The translations under genes were made by a program, and so were the position numbers. A stretch of 64,000 bases of DNA from a virus. Below the pieces are notes generated by a model. It ran no database searches and was not told the origin of the DNA. It saw nothing but the letters and a program-made list of their open reading frames with translations. Position 1 is the first letter of the stretch. Each line of letters opens with the position of its first letter. Below are positions 30,601-39,167 of the stretch, in pieces. The stretch covers positions 1 through 64,000 of IMG/VR virus record IMGVR_UViG_3300035698_017726; one strand, given 5' to 3'.

Positions 30601-30852
30601 GCGGCCAACAGACAGGCAAAGATGACTGGAGCCACTCCGATTCTACACAAGCCTATGCTCAAGCCAATGACAGAGATGCCGTTGGCGGGGCAGGAAGACT
30701 GGTTGGCCCGTCTTAACTACCGTCGCCTAGAGAACACGTATACTGAGGGGGCCGCCCAAGGCTGGTCCTCAGACATCCATGGGCACCCAATCGCTGGCCT
30801 CGCTCACGGCGCCGAGTTTGGGACGAAGCCATTTAAGGAGATCAAGTCATGA
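24679..30852 (+). CDS. rpoBC: Single-chain beta-beta' fused DNA-directed RNA polymerase
   Basis: Beta motifs DQTNPL, QTPE, NFEDG, GDKLTARHGNKG, GVPSRMN, KLHHMV, GGQRF. Beta' motifs SGRSTI, NADFDGD, GARKG, RSPLHC..C..CYG, GEPVTQLTMKTFHTGG. Confidence 0.97.
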   Translation: MANLNPEGAFASLKERTKDAIKAQFPYVGKKHRLELDNLEVVDSGDNPSSLYHVDNIQSQYDAKTKGRTWAVPIKADLRLVNVDTGKVMDRSSITLGRLPKLTRRYTYIIDGQERQHDSVFLLRARPYHIKTDSGAIQAKWNLAKGHGFDLTIDPSTGVMKMKVGTTNIALYPVLKAMGLSDSDLEAKWGRRVLETNKAKGKPEELLKFHRFFSRRYKGYSTPNVDEAAAFVRTTFEATELRPDAMKTAFGKEFTKVDGENLLLSSARILNISRGKEEEDDRQSLASKDLTGTEDFIVKFIARGTRDMSRKVKNNLDRADKISDIISPNMYTRTILSTFQEAQRPDQTNPLNFISGYQRTTIRGASYGGIKGERVNLDRDKQINPSHLGFLDPVQTPESQDTGVVLHLPLGVRKEGTQLKIDVYDVKKKAWVAVTPGDLEFEVVAYPDQVKWVDGKPKPIAKNVAVYDKDRQTAKRPWTSVRYILASTKGLFSFGANLIPFLGNNNGNRAMMGVKQMEQAVSLVNREQPLVQTKASKNMSFEEAVGSFSAHFSPIDGTVTSVTKDEIVIQGANRKVSRVQIYNNFPLNGGKGVLNAIAKVKRGEKVKKGQLIADTNFTENGHLALGANIRVAYIPYKGLNFEDGIVVAESAAKKLSSMHMHQNSVTIFPGMVVNKQRWADYALPELATQERMAKLDNDGVVKEGEKVKEGDILVALLAPSERTKDDEDVASIRKSLVKDYKDRSLSWDHSYPGEVVKVIRSGKKIMVHVKTEESLAVGDKLTARHGNKGIVSRILPDHEMPHTKDGNAVQVLLNPAGVPSRMNAGQILETAASKIAKKTGKPYVVENFEHGKDYTQQVKDDLKKHGLTDTEELIDAKTGRSLGQVLVGDQYLLKLHHMVEKKMTARSFGGSYNVHGTPPGGAGIPGGGQRFDQLLTYAMLAHGAKHNLREAYTFKSDADQDEVWYAVMTGRPLPDPQPTRGMKNFTTYLKAMGINTEKEGDKYVLSPMTDKQTTAISNGSLEFPEKALKAKGLRTMEEAGGLFDPRKTGGLSGQFWTHMELEERIPNPIFETAIQSLLGMKKKEFEHMVSASGGDGKRSGFEILAEQLRVIDVPSELKKTEESLPKLKGPQLAKAYRKVRYLRALKSNNVSPVDAYTNKVLPVVPPSVRRVSIGLDGSQIFDSLNGLYRSVGQINGQLKNADPSTPYSEMQAQRAHLYDAVRALRMTGMDMGEGTKSRHHFGLMEKMKGQAPKHSFFQDGVLKRRQDLSGRSTIIPEPDMGLDEVGIPLPMALELYRPFVRRELFLNRGYAPNQTGQLVDKKDPAAIEALHRVINERPVLLKRDPVLHKFGVMAFKPKIISGKAIAIHPLVTGGFNADFDGDAMSIFVPVSQEAVDEAKTKLLPSKNLFSPTHGGIMPVPGQGSLLGLYQATKWGTVTAVPTGITPTKAISMLRGGKLKPSDVITIGGKTTTPGRLLLDSELPKDMRGNKTLLYDQTFRLDKRGLKRLLTEVGKKHPKSFPRVVDAWKDHGNTLAYMNGSSITLNDIHDGKEIRDQVLKKYKLEEDSIRSSTLDRKTKDKKVVALYSKAMGELETVGNVAYTRRGDNNLHEWAASGARGGWSQFSQLVMGPMLVQDSKGKPVPVPITKSFGEGLSVPEYWASLHGARKGTLDRATETEKPGSLTKDIINTVINHHVTADDCGTDKGAAMNPMDADCTDRYLAKDVKLKGGDIIAARTLLTPPSLTRIRNSNIQKIVVRSPLHCRQASGICAKCYGLNENGKLYSVGTNVGVISGNALGEPVTQLTMKTFHTGGTVTGGGEDGDVIDKFKRVQQLFFVPKKLPGAATLATKSGTITKVVANRSLGGMDVYIDAKRHYVPAGLTLLPSVSKGLTVKRGDPLSSGPINPHSLLKETGNVNAVRAYMTDELQKTYPSGIRRRNIETVVQAMTNLTQIEAATDHPEYDRGQMLPLSQVEAANRQAKMTGATPILHKPMLKPMTEMPLAGQEDWLARLNYRRLENTYTEGAAQGWSSDIHGHPIAGLAHGAEFGTKPFKEIKS

Positions 30853-31517
30853 AGGCAGAGAAAGTAGCCTCCGCATACGCCATTGCGCTCCGAGTCAGAT
30901 CTGAGCTCGACTTCGAGAAGGCAGCGTCGTACCGCGCCAACGGACTCTCCGCCTATCAGGCGCTCTTCACTTCGATGGAGAAGGGCGCTAGCCTAGAGAA
31001 GGCGGCCATGGGGGGCATGGGCATCGGTATGGGAGGGCAGGACTGGGTAGAGCGCTTCATGGATACACCCTTCTACCAGGACGCCCTGGCGTTCGAAGCG
31101 CAGCAGGCAGAGCAGGGCGTTCAGCGTGCTCAGCGACGCGCAGAAGATCGGCAGGCCTGGGCCGAAGAGTCCCATATGGACGTCCAGCGTGCTCAGCTCG
31201 AGTCCCAGCTTGCTGGGTGGAAGCTGCAGGAAGCACAGCAGCAGGCCGCAGAGCCCGTGCCTGTAGCGTCCGGCGGTCCTCCTCCTCCAGGAGCCGAAGG
31301 TGAGCTACCTCCCGTAGAGCCCCCGGCCCCAGAAATGAACGCTCCTGCTCCTGCTGCAGCTATGCAGCAGGCACCTCCCGAAGCAGGTCCTCCTGCAGGA
31401 GGGCCACCCAAGATGGCCGGAGTCCTCGGTATTTTGGACAAAGAGCGGGAGAAGAAGGCTAAGAAGGCTAAAGGTAAAGACGGTAAGCTCAGCGAGTTCC
31501 TGAACTCCAGGAAGTAA
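30849..31517 (+). CDS. K-x-A-rich, Pro/Gln-rich putative internal protein
   Basis: ATGA-coupled to the RNAP gene; EKVAS, EKAAS, EKGAS, EKAAM, PKMAG. Confidence 0.6.
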   Translation: MKAEKVASAYAIALRVRSELDFEKAASYRANGLSAYQALFTSMEKGASLEKAAMGGMGIGMGGQDWVERFMDTPFYQDALAFEAQQAEQGVQRAQRRAEDRQAWAEESHMDVQRAQLESQLAGWKLQEAQQQAAEPVPVASGGPPPPGAEGELPPVEPPAPEMNAPAPAAAMQQAPPEAGPPAGGPPKMAGVLGILDKEREKKAKKAKGKDGKLSEFLNSRK

Positions 31518-32507
31518 ATGCGTCGATTTGGATCAAGAGGTTCCGCACGTCGGAACCTTACTCCTGCGTCCGTGACGGAGGCCCAGATTCTGGATGTCAA
31601 TCCGGACGCCTGGACTATGACGTTACGGACTGTAGCTAACGATGAGATCTTTACCCACGTTCCCATCGTCTCGACATACCTGCATCATTTCGCCGGTGAG
31701 GGCATTCATTACATGCCTGAGGCCGGCACTATGTGCTGGATATGTAAGCCTAGTGAGGGCGATACCAAGCCCTTCATCGTGGCCTTCAGGCCTCCCGCTG
31801 ACGAGAAAGGAACCTTCAGAGCCAACAGACCTGTTCTGAACCCAGGGGACGTCCACATCTCTACTAGAGACGGCAACGCTATCAAGATTCGTAGAGGCGG
31901 CGTCATCGAGATTGAGGCTAGCCCCCTGGCTAGGACCTTCTGGCTTCCAGTGGCGAACAAGATCATGTCCTTTGCGGCCAACCACGAGATTGTAACTCTT
32001 GGTGGGTCACAGAAGTGGAGGACCGCTCGTCCAGAAGAAGACGAGGACGGGAATCACGCCACCAAGTACACGCTCAAGGCCAAAGAGTTCTCCGAGCACA
32101 AGCAGCAGGTGGTTCAGCTGGACGCCGGCGGGCAAATAGATGGTGGAGTCTTCAAGCTCCAAGTCTTTGCCGATGGAAACATTGGCAGCGAAGACGCCCT
32201 AGATGCTCAGTTCTCTGCGACTATCGATAAAGAAGGTAAGGTCGCCATAGAAGCTGACGATGTGGACATCCACCTACATGAAGGAAAGACTGTCAGAATC
32301 TTCGACTCAGATGGCTCTGCGACAGAGGGAGTTGTCCTCGGGAAGACTTTTCTCACCGACCTTCTGACGTTCTTTACGGGTCTTCAGACTATACTTGGTA
32401 CGATAGGGCTCACTGTTCCGGGCCTCTCCGATATGATCACGAAAACTACCACTACTCTCGGTGTCGAGGGTGCCCCCTACCTCTCTACCAGAACGAAGAC
32501 AGAATAG
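31518..32507 (+). CDS. Probable baseplate spike (gp5/gpV-like OB fold)
   Basis: OB-fold-like N-terminus (YMPEAGT, LNPGD...RDGN), beta-repeat body, VVLG..F near the C-terminus. Confidence 0.6.
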   Translation: MRRFGSRGSARRNLTPASVTEAQILDVNPDAWTMTLRTVANDEIFTHVPIVSTYLHHFAGEGIHYMPEAGTMCWICKPSEGDTKPFIVAFRPPADEKGTFRANRPVLNPGDVHISTRDGNAIKIRRGGVIEIEASPLARTFWLPVANKIMSFAANHEIVTLGGSQKWRTARPEEDEDGNHATKYTLKAKEFSEHKQQVVQLDAGGQIDGGVFKLQVFADGNIGSEDALDAQFSATIDKEGKVAIEADDVDIHLHEGKTVRIFDSDGSATEGVVLGKTFLTDLLTFFTGLQTILGTIGLTVPGLSDMITKTTTTLGVEGAPYLSTRTKTE

Positions 32508-32729
32508 ATGCCGATGTCCGCTACGATATGCAGTCCCTTGGCCGTAGAACAGGTCAAGCTCAAGCTCCGTGAGAAGAATCCGGAGCTAGCTACGCTGATT
32601 GACTCGGACAACGTCGACTTTGACTACTTGGTAGAGGCCATCGTAGAAGGCGTGGTAGAACAACTCATACTGCACATCGTTTCGTTCGGAGTACCCACAG
32701 TAGGCGGTACTCCGGGAACTATTCTATAG
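32508..32729 (+). CDS. Small spike-associated protein
   Basis: 73 aa directly after the spike gene; ends in GTIL. Confidence 0.5.
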   Translation: MPMSATICSPLAVEQVKLKLREKNPELATLIDSDNVDFDYLVEAIVEGVVEQLILHIVSFGVPTVGGTPGTIL

Positions 32730-32737
32730 AGGAATCC

Positions 32738-35149
32738 ATGTTCCACACAGCCACCAATGAGTCCCTCTTCGTAGAGCCCGTGGATACCGACAACCTGTTG
32801 GAGAAGCAAGCAGACTCTATCGCCAGGATGCCTGACGATGAAGAGAAGTGGCCTGCCCACGCTCTCTCGGAAGTCCACAAGCAGATGCCATATCTGAGCG
32901 ACTTCGATGTGGACATCAATCTCGATAGGGTTGAGCCCGAATCAGGCTACGCGCTGGGCTCTGCGTCTCTGCGGAACAAGACTCGTGCGGACGTCCCTCC
33001 TGGGGATACCAAGCCCACGAACCTCATCAGGATCCCACTCATCATCAAGGACCGGCACCTGCAGCCGTTCCATGTCTTCGAGCTTGGGGGTAGCACATAT
33101 CCGCTCAACCAAGAGCGCGTGCGCCAGGCAATGCTGGACCCCGAAGTCTTCGAGGCCCAGCCCACTAAGCTTCCAGGAAGCAGCTCTCTCACTGACCAGC
33201 TTTTCCCTCCATACCAGCAGCGTCAGGGCTTCGGCCGCGTGTCCGAGCCTTCTGCCATGGGCATCAGCAAGATCTCCTCGTCTCCTGAGAAGATCGCTAA
33301 CATCTTCCTCAACTTCTCCATGGGGAACATGATTCCGGCGATGACTATTCTCGACAAGATCGAGGGTATGAAGCTGCGACCAGGTGTAGTCCCGCAGAAC
33401 CTGGTCTTCCACAAGATCCAAGGCACCAGCTACGTAGTCGGCTTCCCCAAGACCTTCGCCAAGAAGCTCTACGGCGTACAGGATCAGGCTCAACTTCGTA
33501 AGCTGCTGTCGACTCCTATGTACGACGAGGCCATGACGGCTCGCTCAGGTCGTCCTAGCCCCGGTAAGTTCGTTCTCCTGGAGAAGAAGGGCGACAAGTA
33601 TATCTACCAGAAGCCCAAGATGACCCCATCTCTGATGAACAAGGGACAGGGCGGCGGAGATGCTGTCCGTGAGTCCACCATGAAGATGGGCGGAGCCCGA
33701 GGCGCGGCCTTGGGTGCGGCGCTAGGACAGCTTCCGGGCCACATCTTGGAGACTCAGCAGCTCTATGGACCTGGAAACGTCGAAGGCCTTCGGGATGTCG
33801 GTGCCTTTGCGCAACCTGTAGGAGCCGCCATCGGTGCAGCCCTAGGTGCCGACTCGGGACACAGGCTGAGCTCTGCCGCTGGCGCCACTATTGGTGGCGG
33901 TCTGGGAGCTCTTGGAGGAGCTCTTGGAGGAGCGGTTCCAAGTGTCCTGGCCAACCCGGAACAGGAGGGATGGGACAATCCGATTCCTACGAAACTTACC
34001 CACGGAGGAGCTCTAGGCGGCTCCCTGCTCGGTGCAAGCCTAGGCGCCAGCCTCGCCCACGGGAAGCCTCAGCTTCCTCCAGTAGAGAAAGCAGCATCTG
34101 TACGGATGCGTGACTTCCTGAAGCTCGGCTTCGACGGCGCCTTCAACAACGTAGGCTATCAGGAAGGAGTAGCTCCTGGTGGAGACGACCTCGGTGATCC
34201 GCAAGGCGACATGCCGCAGCAGAACCCACAGGATCAAGCGCCCCCACAGGTGGGTCCTGAGGCACAGCAACGGCCTCCAGTCCCAGGACAGGACCCAGCC
34301 ATGCAGCAGGCTGCTGCAGCTCCCCAGCATCCTCCTGCTGAGCCTGCGCAACAGATGGATGAGGAGCAGGCAGCTTACCAAGAGAAGATGCAGGCAGTAA
34401 GTGACGCTCTTCAGACCCATCCTCAGGCAGCAGGACTTATTGAACTGCAGGCGCAGCTGATGTCGACCACTGACCCAGAGCAGGGCCAGAAGATGCTGAT
34501 GACCCATCCTATTGTGAAGGGTCTCGAGCAGGCGTACGGCGTCAAGTTCACCCACGTCGGCCCAGATGAGTCTGGCCAGTCTCTCACCTTCGACATCGAG
34601 AAGCCGTGGGAGAAGCGTGAGCAGGAAGGGCTCAAAGAGCAGCTCCAGCAGTCCCAGCAGGGTGGTGCCCCACAGCCAGGCAGTGAAGAGCCTAAGATGG
34701 CGAGCTTGCGGGATTTTTTCTCAAGGGCTGACCGAGGCGTCCCACAGGGCACGCACGCACGCTATACGCCCGGTCTCCTTGGCGAGGCTCAAGGAAAGAA
34801 GGGCAAGGTTTGGAAGCTGGGCAAGAAAGAGCCTGTCAAAGCAGAAGAGCCTAAGGCTGAGCCCAAGAAGGAAGAGCCCAAAGAGGCCAACGTGGCCGCA
34901 GCTCTTGCTCCTATCGCCAAAGCCATAGGTGGTCGTGCTCTCGGTGGGGCAGTAATTGGTGGAGGCCTCGGGGCCGCTACTGGGGCCGCTACTGCAGGTG
35001 AGGGCAACAGATTGAAGGGCGCACTGAAGGGTGGAGTAGTAGGTGGAGCGGCTGGTGGAGCTGTAGGCGCGGGCAGCGGTGCCTACAAAGGTATCGGGCA
35101 ACATATGGCCGGCGGCAGTATCTGGGATTCCGTAAAAGGGAACAACTAA
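32738..35149 (+). CDS. Modular virion polyprotein-like protein with glycine zippers
   Basis: Globular N-domain, then modules bounded by EKIA, EKAAS, PKMAS and PKEAN; two Gly-zipper clusters. Confidence 0.65.
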   Translation: MFHTATNESLFVEPVDTDNLLEKQADSIARMPDDEEKWPAHALSEVHKQMPYLSDFDVDINLDRVEPESGYALGSASLRNKTRADVPPGDTKPTNLIRIPLIIKDRHLQPFHVFELGGSTYPLNQERVRQAMLDPEVFEAQPTKLPGSSSLTDQLFPPYQQRQGFGRVSEPSAMGISKISSSPEKIANIFLNFSMGNMIPAMTILDKIEGMKLRPGVVPQNLVFHKIQGTSYVVGFPKTFAKKLYGVQDQAQLRKLLSTPMYDEAMTARSGRPSPGKFVLLEKKGDKYIYQKPKMTPSLMNKGQGGGDAVRESTMKMGGARGAALGAALGQLPGHILETQQLYGPGNVEGLRDVGAFAQPVGAAIGAALGADSGHRLSSAAGATIGGGLGALGGALGGAVPSVLANPEQEGWDNPIPTKLTHGGALGGSLLGASLGASLAHGKPQLPPVEKAASVRMRDFLKLGFDGAFNNVGYQEGVAPGGDDLGDPQGDMPQQNPQDQAPPQVGPEAQQRPPVPGQDPAMQQAAAAPQHPPAEPAQQMDEEQAAYQEKMQAVSDALQTHPQAAGLIELQAQLMSTTDPEQGQKMLMTHPIVKGLEQAYGVKFTHVGPDESGQSLTFDIEKPWEKREQEGLKEQLQQSQQGGAPQPGSEEPKMASLRDFFSRADRGVPQGTHARYTPGLLGEAQGKKGKVWKLGKKEPVKAEEPKAEPKKEEPKEANVAAALAPIAKAIGGRALGGAVIGGGLGAATGAATAGEGNRLKGALKGGVVGGAAGGAVGAGSGAYKGIGQHMAGGSIWDSVKGNN

Positions 35150-35209
35150 CCTTTCCAGTGGCTTGACCGGTAAAGGTAGCCTAGCTGGCGATATGCTTGG
35201 GAGAACGAA

Positions 35210-36697
35210 ATGAGCTTGTGTGAAAAGATTGCTGGGACCGTTAACCGCGATGACTTCGCTAGGTTTGACGATGTCTTTGAGGATCGGAATTTCCGACCTC
35301 TCCTCCACAATAACGAGGCGGTTTGGGGCTGCTTGAATAAGCTGGCCTCCAAGCCTATCTTGACGGGGAAGGAGCTACTCAAGGTGGCGATGGGCTCAGC
35401 ACCTACACGTACAGACGTTGTACAGATCCGTCCACACGGCTACGGCTATCGAGTCAAGGTCTCTGCTGCTCCTGACATGGTCGCTCCCCAAGAGACCGAC
35501 ATGAGCCAGCAGCAGGCTCAGCAGACCATGCCACAGGAGGCCCTTGATGCGGCCGATCATCAGGGTGTGGCCACAATGACTGGCGTCGACGCCCAGCCTG
35601 ACCCTCTGGTAGAGAAGTCGCAGCCCATTACCGGCTTTGGTGTCTACAAGGTCTACCAAGCCGACACAGGTAAGCAGATTCTTGGCTATGTCATTCCTGG
35701 ACTGTTCGACCCCACTACGGGCGCGGCCAGCCAGATGACCCTGTTCACCAACGGTGGGCAGTACGCTATGATTCCAGGTCAGGTCTCCGGTGTGCTAGCA
35801 GGAATCAACTTCAACCTGCCTGAGAGTAACAACGTCAGGGGCATGGGTATCTTCTGGAAGACCAACGGTAAGGCGCTTCTAGCTACGGTTCCCTACACCA
35901 TCGTCTCTCAGATCACTACACCGGCCGGCGAGTACTTCGCGGCGCAGGACATGAACGGTCAGGAGATTCAGGTACGCCTCTCCCCAGGCCTGGTCCGTCC
36001 CATCGCTTCCCGACCAGGTGAGGTCATCATCCCCGATGACTTTAGCTTCCTACCTCTCGACAACCCCATTGAGATTGAGCAGGGCGACCCCATGGGCGGA
36101 GAGAAGGCAGCTTCCCTTCCCACCATGATGGAGATCCGTGCCTGGTCCACCGGCTGCCGGCTGGACGGCCCCGTGCTGGAGAAGGTCGGTTCCGGTGAAC
36201 ACTCTCTGTCCGATGGTCTCTTCTGGATGGCAGCCACAGGTATCCCACAGAATCTCGGCATGGCTCTGCTAGAGAAGGCTGCTGCCGCCAATGAAGCTAT
36301 CCGTGTCTACGGACTGCAGCCCCTCTCCACCATCGACGATGCTGTCGCCGAAGCCAGAGAGGACGCCAAAGAGGCGATGGTCAACAGCCAGTGCCCACAG
36401 AGAGTCAACCTCCTTAGGGAGATGGCTATCATCACTAGCGACAAGATGGCTTCGGCCATGGTCGATGTGAGTTCCGTGGATTCTGTGTTGGCCCTCAACT
36501 TCCTGAACCCAGAGAACCTCGAGTCCTTCGTAGACGAGATTCCCGCTCTGGAAGAGGCTGCGTCCAAGATTGCTGAGTTGGTCCTGGCGTCACAGATTGG
36601 TCTCCAGTCCGTGTCCAAGACCGCAGCAGTTAGTGCTATGAAGGGACTGGAGCAGGTCATTCAGGGCCTCAAGGCGCTGAAGAACTACGAGGTCTAG
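35210..36697 (+). CDS. K-x-A-rich internal head/core protein
   Basis: EKIAG, NKLAS, LKVAM, EKAAS, EKAAA, DKMAS, SKIAE, SKTAA. Confidence 0.65.
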   Translation: MSLCEKIAGTVNRDDFARFDDVFEDRNFRPLLHNNEAVWGCLNKLASKPILTGKELLKVAMGSAPTRTDVVQIRPHGYGYRVKVSAAPDMVAPQETDMSQQQAQQTMPQEALDAADHQGVATMTGVDAQPDPLVEKSQPITGFGVYKVYQADTGKQILGYVIPGLFDPTTGAASQMTLFTNGGQYAMIPGQVSGVLAGINFNLPESNNVRGMGIFWKTNGKALLATVPYTIVSQITTPAGEYFAAQDMNGQEIQVRLSPGLVRPIASRPGEVIIPDDFSFLPLDNPIEIEQGDPMGGEKAASLPTMMEIRAWSTGCRLDGPVLEKVGSGEHSLSDGLFWMAATGIPQNLGMALLEKAAAANEAIRVYGLQPLSTIDDAVAEAREDAKEAMVNSQCPQRVNLLREMAIITSDKMASAMVDVSSVDSVLALNFLNPENLESFVDEIPALEEAASKIAELVLASQIGLQSVSKTAAVSAMKGLEQVIQGLKALKNYEV

Positions 36698-36698
36698 C

Positions 36699-37013
36699 AT
36701 GGAATATACTCTGGCCAAAGTGGCCGACGCGTATAAGCGTGCTGGCGGTGGGTCAGATGGCGCCGGCGGTATCGGTGAGGGTCAGACCGACCCAGTTACT
36801 GAGCTCGGTGACGCTGCGGCCCGTGGCATCGGCCAAGAGGGCAAAGAGAAGCAGCATGCCTTGGGTGAAGCTCTCCATGAGCGGCACGGCCTCAAGAAAC
36901 GCGAAAAGCCTACGCTAATCGATGCATTCAAGAAGGTGTGGGAACAGCCAGACGAAGAAAAGAACGAGAAAGGCAACAAGAACATGCCCGTCGGCGGAGG
37001 AGAAGACCGCTAA
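36699..37013 (+). CDS. Small charged protein with AKVAD/YKRAG leader
   Basis: 104 aa, tightly packed with its neighbours. Confidence 0.6.
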   Translation: MEYTLAKVADAYKRAGGGSDGAGGIGEGQTDPVTELGDAAARGIGQEGKEKQHALGEALHERHGLKKREKPTLIDAFKKVWEQPDEEKNEKGNKNMPVGGGEDR

Positions 37014-37892
37014 GTGAGCCAGCATCCCGCCAGATTCTTCATCAAGTATCTGCTAGTCACGCAGGACAGGATCGGTTTAGCCAACATCAACAGTACTCTC
37101 CGTCTCTATGGGCTCTGCTCTACAGATGCGGAGCTACTGACTGAGCTGAGGGGCGAGGTCGACGAGGTCCCAGACGACTTCAGGCCTTGGTCCAAGTCCC
37201 ATACTCCTAGTTCTAGATGGCTAAGAAAGCATCGGGTATTTGGTCTGGTCCACGCAGACGACTCGGTGAAGGGGATGAAGGAGAGGATCCTAGAGGACCC
37301 TCGTCTTCGTGCCGACATCGATACGCTGCTCTTAGGTAATGTCTCCTGTAGGGAGGCCGCCTATCGCCTACAGAAGATGCGCTGTCCGGTAGATGAAGCA
37401 GAAGTAGCTGCGTACATGCATTACTTCTGGAATACCGAGCTGATGGGGCTCTCTGACTGGACTACCTACTTCGCAGAGGACGCTAAGACGCTGAAGGGGT
37501 CCGGCAGAACTACATCTGACCATCGGATGTTGGCTGCTCTGAGCGCTGGACCGGACGTAGCGCTACACAAGGTGGGAGTACGCAAGGAGATCGACACCAA
37601 GATCATCTTGGACAAGATCCAACGGGAGCTCTACCATTCCTTTCTAGAAGTCAGCGCCCTACCTATCAGCTCCAAGAAGGTAGAGATGATGCTCGGCCTT
37701 ACAGCAGGGCTATTGAAGGTGGACGAGCGCCTAGCTGCTGGAGATGCCGCACTACATGAGGTACTCAAGCGCTTCGAGAAGTTCCGCGTACTGAACGATC
37801 AAACTATGGTCCCTTCGTTAGTGGACCTTGCGCCCACAGGAACAGTGAGTGATAGAGATCGTGCGGACATTCTCGCTATGAAGGAGTCTTGA
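37014..37892 (+). CDS. Helical hypothetical protein (possible terminase small subunit)
   Basis: 292 aa; no diagnostic motif, function is a guess. Confidence 0.4.
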   Translation: MSQHPARFFIKYLLVTQDRIGLANINSTLRLYGLCSTDAELLTELRGEVDEVPDDFRPWSKSHTPSSRWLRKHRVFGLVHADDSVKGMKERILEDPRLRADIDTLLLGNVSCREAAYRLQKMRCPVDEAEVAAYMHYFWNTELMGLSDWTTYFAEDAKTLKGSGRTTSDHRMLAALSAGPDVALHKVGVRKEIDTKIILDKIQRELYHSFLEVSALPISSKKVEMMLGLTAGLLKVDERLAAGDAALHEVLKRFEKFRVLNDQTMVPSLVDLAPTGTVSDRDRADILAMKES

Positions 37893-38341
37893 TGAGCATC
37901 CCGCAGGATCAGGTTCAAACTGTAGACGGTAGTGTATCCCCTCGCCCAGACTGGGCATACGATGAGCGCTTGGTGATGTCCAAGGCTGACGTAGAGAAGT
38001 TCGGGAACACCGACCTAGCGGGCTGGCCAAGACTGGAGTTCGAGCCGGAGCACTTCAAGGGTGCCGCCGTTATCCTCCGTCCCCCTGGCGACATCATCTA
38101 CCAGTTCTTCGGAGTCTCTCTCCCAAAGGGGCACGAGTTTCAAGAGCTTCTGGCAGAGGCAGTGGACTCTCACTTCGGCAGCACGGATGACTTCCGTGTA
38201 GACTACGTCGAAGAAGTTGGCGCCTGGGGCCTTCTAGCCAAGGCCGTGAGAGACCGACCGTTGTACAATGAGGACCACTACATCCTCCAATTCCTCCGTC
38301 TGGTCGACGCGGCCATAGAAGGGGTAAAGAATGCCAGTTAG
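37889..38341 (+). CDS. Hypothetical protein
   Basis: Coupled ORF. Confidence 0.6.
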   Translation: MMSIPQDQVQTVDGSVSPRPDWAYDERLVMSKADVEKFGNTDLAGWPRLEFEPEHFKGAAVILRPPGDIIYQFFGVSLPKGHEFQELLAEAVDSHFGSTDDFRVDYVEEVGAWGLLAKAVRDRPLYNEDHYILQFLRLVDAAIEGVKNAS

Positions 38342-39167
38342 AGTTCGTACCTTCCCTACAGCCAGAGAAGCCGCCTCCTTCATGAACCAGAAGGGGCTGG
38401 CCCTGGATGAGATCGAGGGGCTGCATCCCAACGGCTCAAACCACATTATGGTCTTCTACGAAGAGGATGATGCGGTCATTACCGACACGACTAGAGGTAT
38501 GGCTGGAGTTTCCTACGGGGTCTCTACCAACATTCCTACGCCTGCTGGGTTCTACATTCCTCTGGGTGATGGTCGTACTACGATAGCTGGCGAGAACATC
38601 GGGCCTGTAGCTGCCGACGGCACAGCGACCGGTGTTCTGGCTCAGACAGAGACCATCCCCGGCACTGTAGAGATCACAGATGCTGGTGGTGCCGGAGAAG
38701 ATCTGGTCGATGATGGCTACGGCTTCTTGGTATTGAAGGCCCGTCCAGACCAGAAGCGCGGAACTATCGTCTACTCGACGAGTACGTTCACCGTACAGTT
38801 CCACAGAGACGAGCGGCCCACAGGTAACATGCTCTGTGACTATGACTGGTCCCTGTTCCCTGACATTACCGATGTGCCCACCAAGGCCCGACTCTCTCTT
38901 ATCTTGCTCCGCTGTGTGTCTGGAGCGGCCGTCACGGTAGTAGATTGGGAGCTCCATGAGACCAGTGCGGGCGGTACTCCTCCCCTCCACTTGGGAAGCG
39001 CCGTTCCTATCGTTGCGGGAGAGACTGTCCGTATCGAGCTGGACCTGGTGAGCATCATTATGGACCGTACAGTACGGAATGCTCGTTGGCTGTACGTGGT
39101 CCCTGACCACGCAACCAACCAGTTTGACTGCTACCTGTACTGGGAAGCCCTAGACAGAGCAGACTAG
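38331..39167 (+). CDS. Beta-rich structural protein
   Basis: IPGTVEIT..LVDDGYG...GTIVYST pattern typical of sheath/baseplate insertion domains. Confidence 0.55.
   Translation: MPVRVRTFPTAREAASFMNQKGLALDEIEGLHPNGSNHIMVFYEEDDAVITDTTRGMAGVSYGVSTNIPTPAGFYIPLGDGRTTIAGENIGPVAADGTATGVLAQTETIPGTVEITDAGGAGEDLVDDGYGFLVLKARPDQKRGTIVYSTSTFTVQFHRDERPTGNMLCDYDWSLFPDITDVPTKARLSLILLRCVSGAAVTVVDWELHETSAGGTPPLHLGSAVPIVAGETVRIELDLVSIIMDRTVRNARWLYVVPDHATNQFDCYLYWEALDRAD

Noticed and set aside
24679-30852. Cellular rpoBC locus or host contamination
   Set aside because: No ribosomal protein or nusG neighbours; it is flanked by portal and spike genes, translationally coupled to a phage gene, and strongly reduced.
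35163-35197. Sigma70 promoter TTGACC...TATGCT
   Set aside because: The spacer is 23 nt, too long for a canonical -35/-10 pair; only the -10 is plausible.
35149-35210. Readthrough fusing 32738 and 35210
   Set aside because: Same frame, but three stops intervene (TAA, TAA, TAG) and 35210 has its own GGGAG SD.
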